From: Schmidtea polychroa
Taxonomy: Eukaryota
Direction: 5' to 3'
Assembly: GCA_044892525.1 (NCBI GenBank)
Contig: CM097885.1
Location: forward strand, 38,752,001-38,816,000
Length of the DNA stretch: 64,000 bases
The translations under genes were made by a program, and so were the position numbers. The notes below the pieces were generated by a model. It saw only the letters and a program-made list of their open reading frames with translations, did not search any database and was not told the DNA's origin. Position 1 is the stretch's first letter, and every line of letters starts with the position of its first letter. Shown one piece after another: positions 58,543-64,000 of the stretch.

Positions 58543-61500
58543 CTAAAATTGTAATTTGTCATCCAAATTCGGTGAAGGACAGACTGGAATTTTCAATTGC
58601 TTACGTATTTCATGAATTGATTTTTCCCAATTTTTCTCAAAATAATAAAACAGAATTGTCTCACTTTCATGACCTGCTTTAATAGCAAAATTCAAATGAG
58701 ATTTGATAAAATTCTCTCGCTGCCTGAAACGTTTAGTCAATTTTATTTATTCACTCATTTTATCAGATATTAATTTTTTTTAAAAAGATGATTTACTTCG
58801 GTTTCAATCGTAAAGAGCCAAAGAATCCTCCCGTGACACACATTGGAAGGCCAGTTTGTAATCCTTCTACCCATTTTACAACGACTTCTCCCAACATATC
58901 CGTAGGTTGGTTCAAAATTACATGAGTCAGATCATGAACTTCCCGATAACGCAACATTAAATAGGCCAAGTTAGGATCATCAATGAAACTCACCTCCATC
59001 CGTTCATCTGGTGAATATTTCTATTGGATACCACAATCAAATGGTATAAATTTACAAAGAAATTGATGGGTAATTAGGACGTTCTTTTTACAAAATGCTA
59101 TTTAACTTATTATTATTTGTTGGATGGGGTTAAATCTTATAATCTAATTTTGACATACTCTCCCATCCTCCAGAACATAGTCATTATGAGCCATAGTCAA
59201 AAAATTTTCCAAGTCTATTTAACAAAAAAAAATTGGCACAATGCCAAATTAGAACAAAGAACTTATTTTTAATATTAATTTTTTAAATTTTGTTTAAATA
59301 GTATAATATAAAATAAATTGCTCTATAACTTCGTTGATATGACTTTTCGATTAGATAATTTCGTCATAACGAAAACCTCATTGAAAGGTTTGTCTTGCGT
59401 TTTGACGTATGACTAACGTATCAAAATATAAAATCAAAATTCCTATCCTATAGAGCATGGGTTCTTAGCCTTTTTCAAAGCCCGCACCCTTTGAATTTTA
59501 TAAAGTGATTTAGCACCCTCAGGGGATCCCGGGTTTAAATTAAACGCCATATGGGGTCATTGCGTAATTACGTCACGCCAAAAATGACATTTTTGAGCCA
59601 CCCACCCACCCTGTCACTTTTGGTCACATTTCTGTTGATATACAACAATTTAAAATTTGAAAAATATTTTATTATAGCAATTAATTTACTCACAAATTCA
59701 CGATTCAAGACATCTGGTGTCGAAAATGGAACTTGTCAAATGAGGGGATTTGTGTTGTTGTTGGCAGACAAGTAGAATTGGTTGCATACATCGACAACTA
59801 CCACAACGTTCGTAAATGATTTCGAAATAGTGCGGCACAACTAAATGTCACAATACCTACTTCAATTTGATTGTTTCGTCCGCACCCCCCAGAAATTTTA
59901 TCCCGCACAATTAGTGGTGCATGTACCCCTGATTAAGAACCCGCTATAGATTTATTTCCCTACAATATTTATATAGGTCATATTTTGATCAGGAAAATAT
60001 TTTAGTATTTTTACGTAGGTCATTTGCATTAATTTAAAATTATAATTCAACAATTTTGTAGAGTATAAAATTCTGTACTTTGTAGTTTATGTGATAATTC
60101 CTTCAATGTTAAATATTTGCTTGAAAAATACTTTATTTTGTTACATAACACTTGAAAAAAGCACTGCTGGAAATTTGTGAGTGGTTTAAAGTTGTTTTGG
60201 AAAGAAATTGAACTACAAGTGTACTTTATATTTCGATAATATTTAAATTTTCTGGTTCCATATAAAAAGACTAAATAAATAATAAGTTTTATTTCAATCA
60301 ATCAAATCCAATAAAAATTTTTAATTCAGTAATATTTATTCAAACCTTTGAGACGTTTTAAATTCAGCCAAAATTTTAAAATTATATAAATTGAAATTCC
60401 CAATTAATATTTTTATAAATATTCTTTTTGAAATTTTTTACACTAAAAATTTTAATTTTCATATTTAAAAATTTTTAATTCTTCTTTTGTTTTTCTGAAA
60501 TTTTTAATCCTTACAATATTCAAATGATAAAATCCCAACACAAACTGTTTATTTGTCAGCACAATGATCACACGTATTAAATCTTTCAAATAACAATGCT
60601 CACATGTTATAGCAGGAATCGATTTTTTTTAAATACCCGCGGACAACAACAAATTTGCAAAATTAATTCCGATTCACAATAGTTATTAGTTTTATTCTTT
60701 TTAATAACTCTATTTATCTCACTGACAATAGATAATAGTCCTTTTGATTGTAAATTTATACTAGATCATGGGTGGGGAACCTCTTTATTTCCATAGGCCA
60801 CATTGAAATTTGATGTCACCAAATAGGGCCGCAGTCAAAAAGTATTTTAACATAAATTAATTTCATTTTAAATCTTTTATTTATATACAGTTAGTAATTA
60901 AAACAATATTTATAATCAGTATCCAGATTTGAAAAAACGAAATATTCTGGAAAGTTATTATTTCTGAATTGAAAAATTGATGCAAATAAGTCATCATTTC
61001 ACAAATGAGTGCTCAATAATCTTATTTATTCGTCTACATACGTTTTGTATTTATGGGTGTGAATGATTGACTTCTATATTTCGTTCCTTGTACTCGACGG
61101 GTTGCTTGTACAGTACGGTATATATATACAGTTCAGTATTTTTATTTACAAGTATTTTTATTTGTAAATCCTCAAAATTCATGGTTTTTTATATAAATTA
61201 AGATTTATTTCGATAAGGCTCCGGGAGGCCGCAGGTTCCCCACCCTGTACTAGATCATACTAGCAATTGCTCAGATTTTTAAATTTCTTTTATAGTCGTC
61301 TCAGGCATCAATCATCGTAAATTTCAAAATTAATCAAAAATTAGAATCACTAATTTCCTTAATACTAAATAAAATCCTATTTCAGCTTGACACGACATAA
61401 AACAGAATTTTCTTTACTTAGTAGAATGATTGATGTCGTAAATTAATTAGTTTGTATTTTTTTAAATAACTTCTTCTAGTGACTCTCCATTGATTTAAAA

Positions 61501-64000
61501 TGATCATATTCGTACTTGTCTTTTCGCTTCCTACCTAACCATGCCTGATTCCAAGGAAAGAATAATAATTTTCAATTTTTATAAATTTTGCACTTTCATT
61601 TTTTTGAATTTGTCTCTTGCACAATTTCTTTTACACACTTAATTTTTATTTGCAACAATTTTTGTATAACGCTAACAGTTGTAATGAAAATAAATGAAAT
61701 ATTAAAAGATAAAACAAAATTATGATTTATTGATAGCTAGTCTTAGGGGTCATTGCATAATTACGTCACGCTCGATTTCCTTGAAAACGTGACGAACCGT
61801 GGCGTGGGTGGGTGGATGAGTTGAGCTGAATGTGACGTCACGCTAGTTGTATTATTATTGCGACAATCTTCCTCCTCTACTATGCTACAGTGATGCTGAT
61901 ACTTTGACTAGACAACGATGACTAACAATTATTGCTGCTACAGCAAGCTTCCAAGCAGTCAAGAGGACCGTATGGTACCACTAGGCTACCTTCATTTTGT
62001 GAACAATAAAATCAACTAGATCAACAGAAATGTGACCAAAAGTGACAGGGTGGGTGGGTGGTTCAAAAATGTCATTTTTGGCGTGACGTAATTATGCAAT
62101 GGCTCCTTATGAGAAATGAAGAAAAAGAAATTGAAGGTAATTGATCAGTGATGGAAATAAGATGTGTCAGAAACTTTATCACAGGCCTAGAACCAGACCG
62201 GAGACAATTTATTATATATTTATTTTTCATAAATATTAATATAAATATCAGTGGCGCACCAAGGATTTCTGGGGCCCTTGTGCAGATTTTGGGACGCACA
62301 AAATATTTGTCGAACGAAGTGATCCGAGGAACCAAACCATAGGCAGGCTTGGGGGAAGGTGATTAGCAACTCTCTGAGTAAATTTGCGCATTTTAAAACA
62401 GAAATAGTAGCGTTTCGGGTTGGGTTGAAAGGATATTTTGTTAATTCTCGGAATTCTCTGTATATAGAATGGGCACATGCCAGGTACCATCATGATATAA
62501 TGAACACTAATTGTTGTTATTGTCACTAATTTATTGAAACATAATTCTTAGAAAAAACTCAGATCATACGCTTATTTCACCATAATATAAAATTGAATCA
62601 CATGATAAAAAGAAAGAACAAATTTGACATATGTGATTTACAACAATATCCAATATAGATTCCTAATAATATTAAATGTATAAACCGTCCAAACTGTGGT
62701 TGCTGTCTTAATAAAAACAAAACAAACGCCAAAGCGATGCTTGGTTTGATGACAATCGGGGAATTTATAATGCTCGAACGTATAAATTTTACTAATTTTT
62801 CGTCCTGGGCCCTTGTGCCGTGCACAACCTGCACAACCTATTGCTACGCCACTGGGTTGATGCATGCAGCATTGATAACAGGTGATTATATGGCCCATTA
62901 TCCATGGGGTTGATGCATGCATCATTGCTACGCCACTGATAAATATAAAAAAATTTTGGGTTTGCAAAATATGACTAATTCAAATATTAATATAAACATT
63001 TTTTGTTCCTTGCGTGAAATATACGATTTTTGAGATGTTTTTTTCCTAAATACTGATTGGTCAAGCCTGAATATTAAAAAATAATGTCCATCGTCCATAG
63101 CAACGGCACTCGATAGTTTCATTTTAAAGTGTAAATTATAGGGTAACGTCTATTGGCGAGGGGTAACCACAAAGAGACCCTGAAAAAGATGTCAAAGTTA
63201 ATTAGGAAGTCCATTAAACTCGATTTAATAGTTTTATTGGCTCATTACAAGAGCAATTTTTACTGAATTTGACCTTTCGGTAACTATGGGAGACATTATA
63301 TTAAAAGAGAATTTCTTTCTTCAAATCCCAAACCACCCATAAAGTTGTTAACATATATGATAAAATAAAACAAAGGGAGGCGGGAGTTAATGACTGTGTA
63401 TGTTATGGTTACCCTCTCATTCTTTGTCGGGGAAAGTTTGTGATAAGTGAGAGGAGATTTTAAAGTTTCAAATAACTACAAATTGTCAAAATTTTATTTA
63501 ATACTTTTAAAATTGTTTGGAAAAAACAATTTACTTCTTGTTTGTTACTTTAATCGATTATAAGTTAATGTAAGCCAGGCATGTCTGATGGCGAAAGTTT
63601 TAATCACAAAATCTATTATTTCTGTATATATTTGTATAGTTAATCATTTTATTCGATATTTTAATTTTAACTAATGACATTACGTAGTAATCAAGAAAAG
63701 ATACGTATCGTTTTCCTAAACTATCCGATGGCAATTTCCGTAGATAATCGAAATCCACTGTGTTTTTTCTAATTCTTGGTTTCTCTCTGAAATATTTATT
63801 TAATTAATTAAGCAAATTCATTGAAAGTCTTTATCACTTTAAAATTTCAATTCCACTGGGATTTGATTGCATTTTCTTGTAAAGATCATTGAGTACAATT
63901 GGAGCAGTTGTTTCGCCGAAAGTTGATATCATGTCTAACATTGAGAATATAACTAATTTAATCACGTAAAAAAATGTTTACCTTGACGCCATGGTTGAAA
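58543..64000 (-). CDS. COQ4: COQ4 copy 2 (5' part beyond the window edge)
   Basis: Same exons as copy 1 at +12795 (58543-58723, 58797-59020, 63684-63786, 63838-63934, 63982-edge). Confidence 0.93.

Larger units (their letters stand above)
53421..64000 (+). repeat. Tandem segmental duplication, copy 2 (runs off window)
   Basis: Matches 40626-51205; the only difference I noticed is 41962 C vs 54757 T. Confidence 0.97.

Overview
AT-rich eukaryotic (animal) genomic DNA with many short introns (mostly 42-73 bp) and dense transposon content. The style resembles a flatworm/planarian, but that is inference only. The centrepiece is a complete 14,960-bp Polinton/Maverick (adintovirus-like) provirus at 20123-35082. 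It has ~0.92-0.94 kb terminal inverted repeats (5'-AGTAGT...ACTACT-3') and a 6-bp CTAATT target-site duplication. It encodes pPolB (disrupted), packaging ATPase, adenain protease, major and minor capsid proteins, a fibre-like protein, a pX-like core protein, a membrane protein, and an integrase fused in frame behind a zinc finger and a parvovirus-type phospholipase A2 domain. It also carries three tRNA-like Pol III units (A box, B box, T-run), one duplicated in both TIRs. It sits inside a Tc1/pogo-type MITE, within a ~17 kb intron of an apparently intact S1 serine protease gene. The left part holds a decayed chuvirus-like glycoprotein ORF preceded in frame by a Bcl-2-like segment, a second internally deleted Polinton polymerase relic, and hAT relics. 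The right part is a near-identical 12,795-bp tandem duplication (40626-53420 / 53421-window end) containing COQ4, a Penelope retroelement with a hammerhead motif, and several MITEs. All family assignments come from motif recognition by eye; no database search was run.
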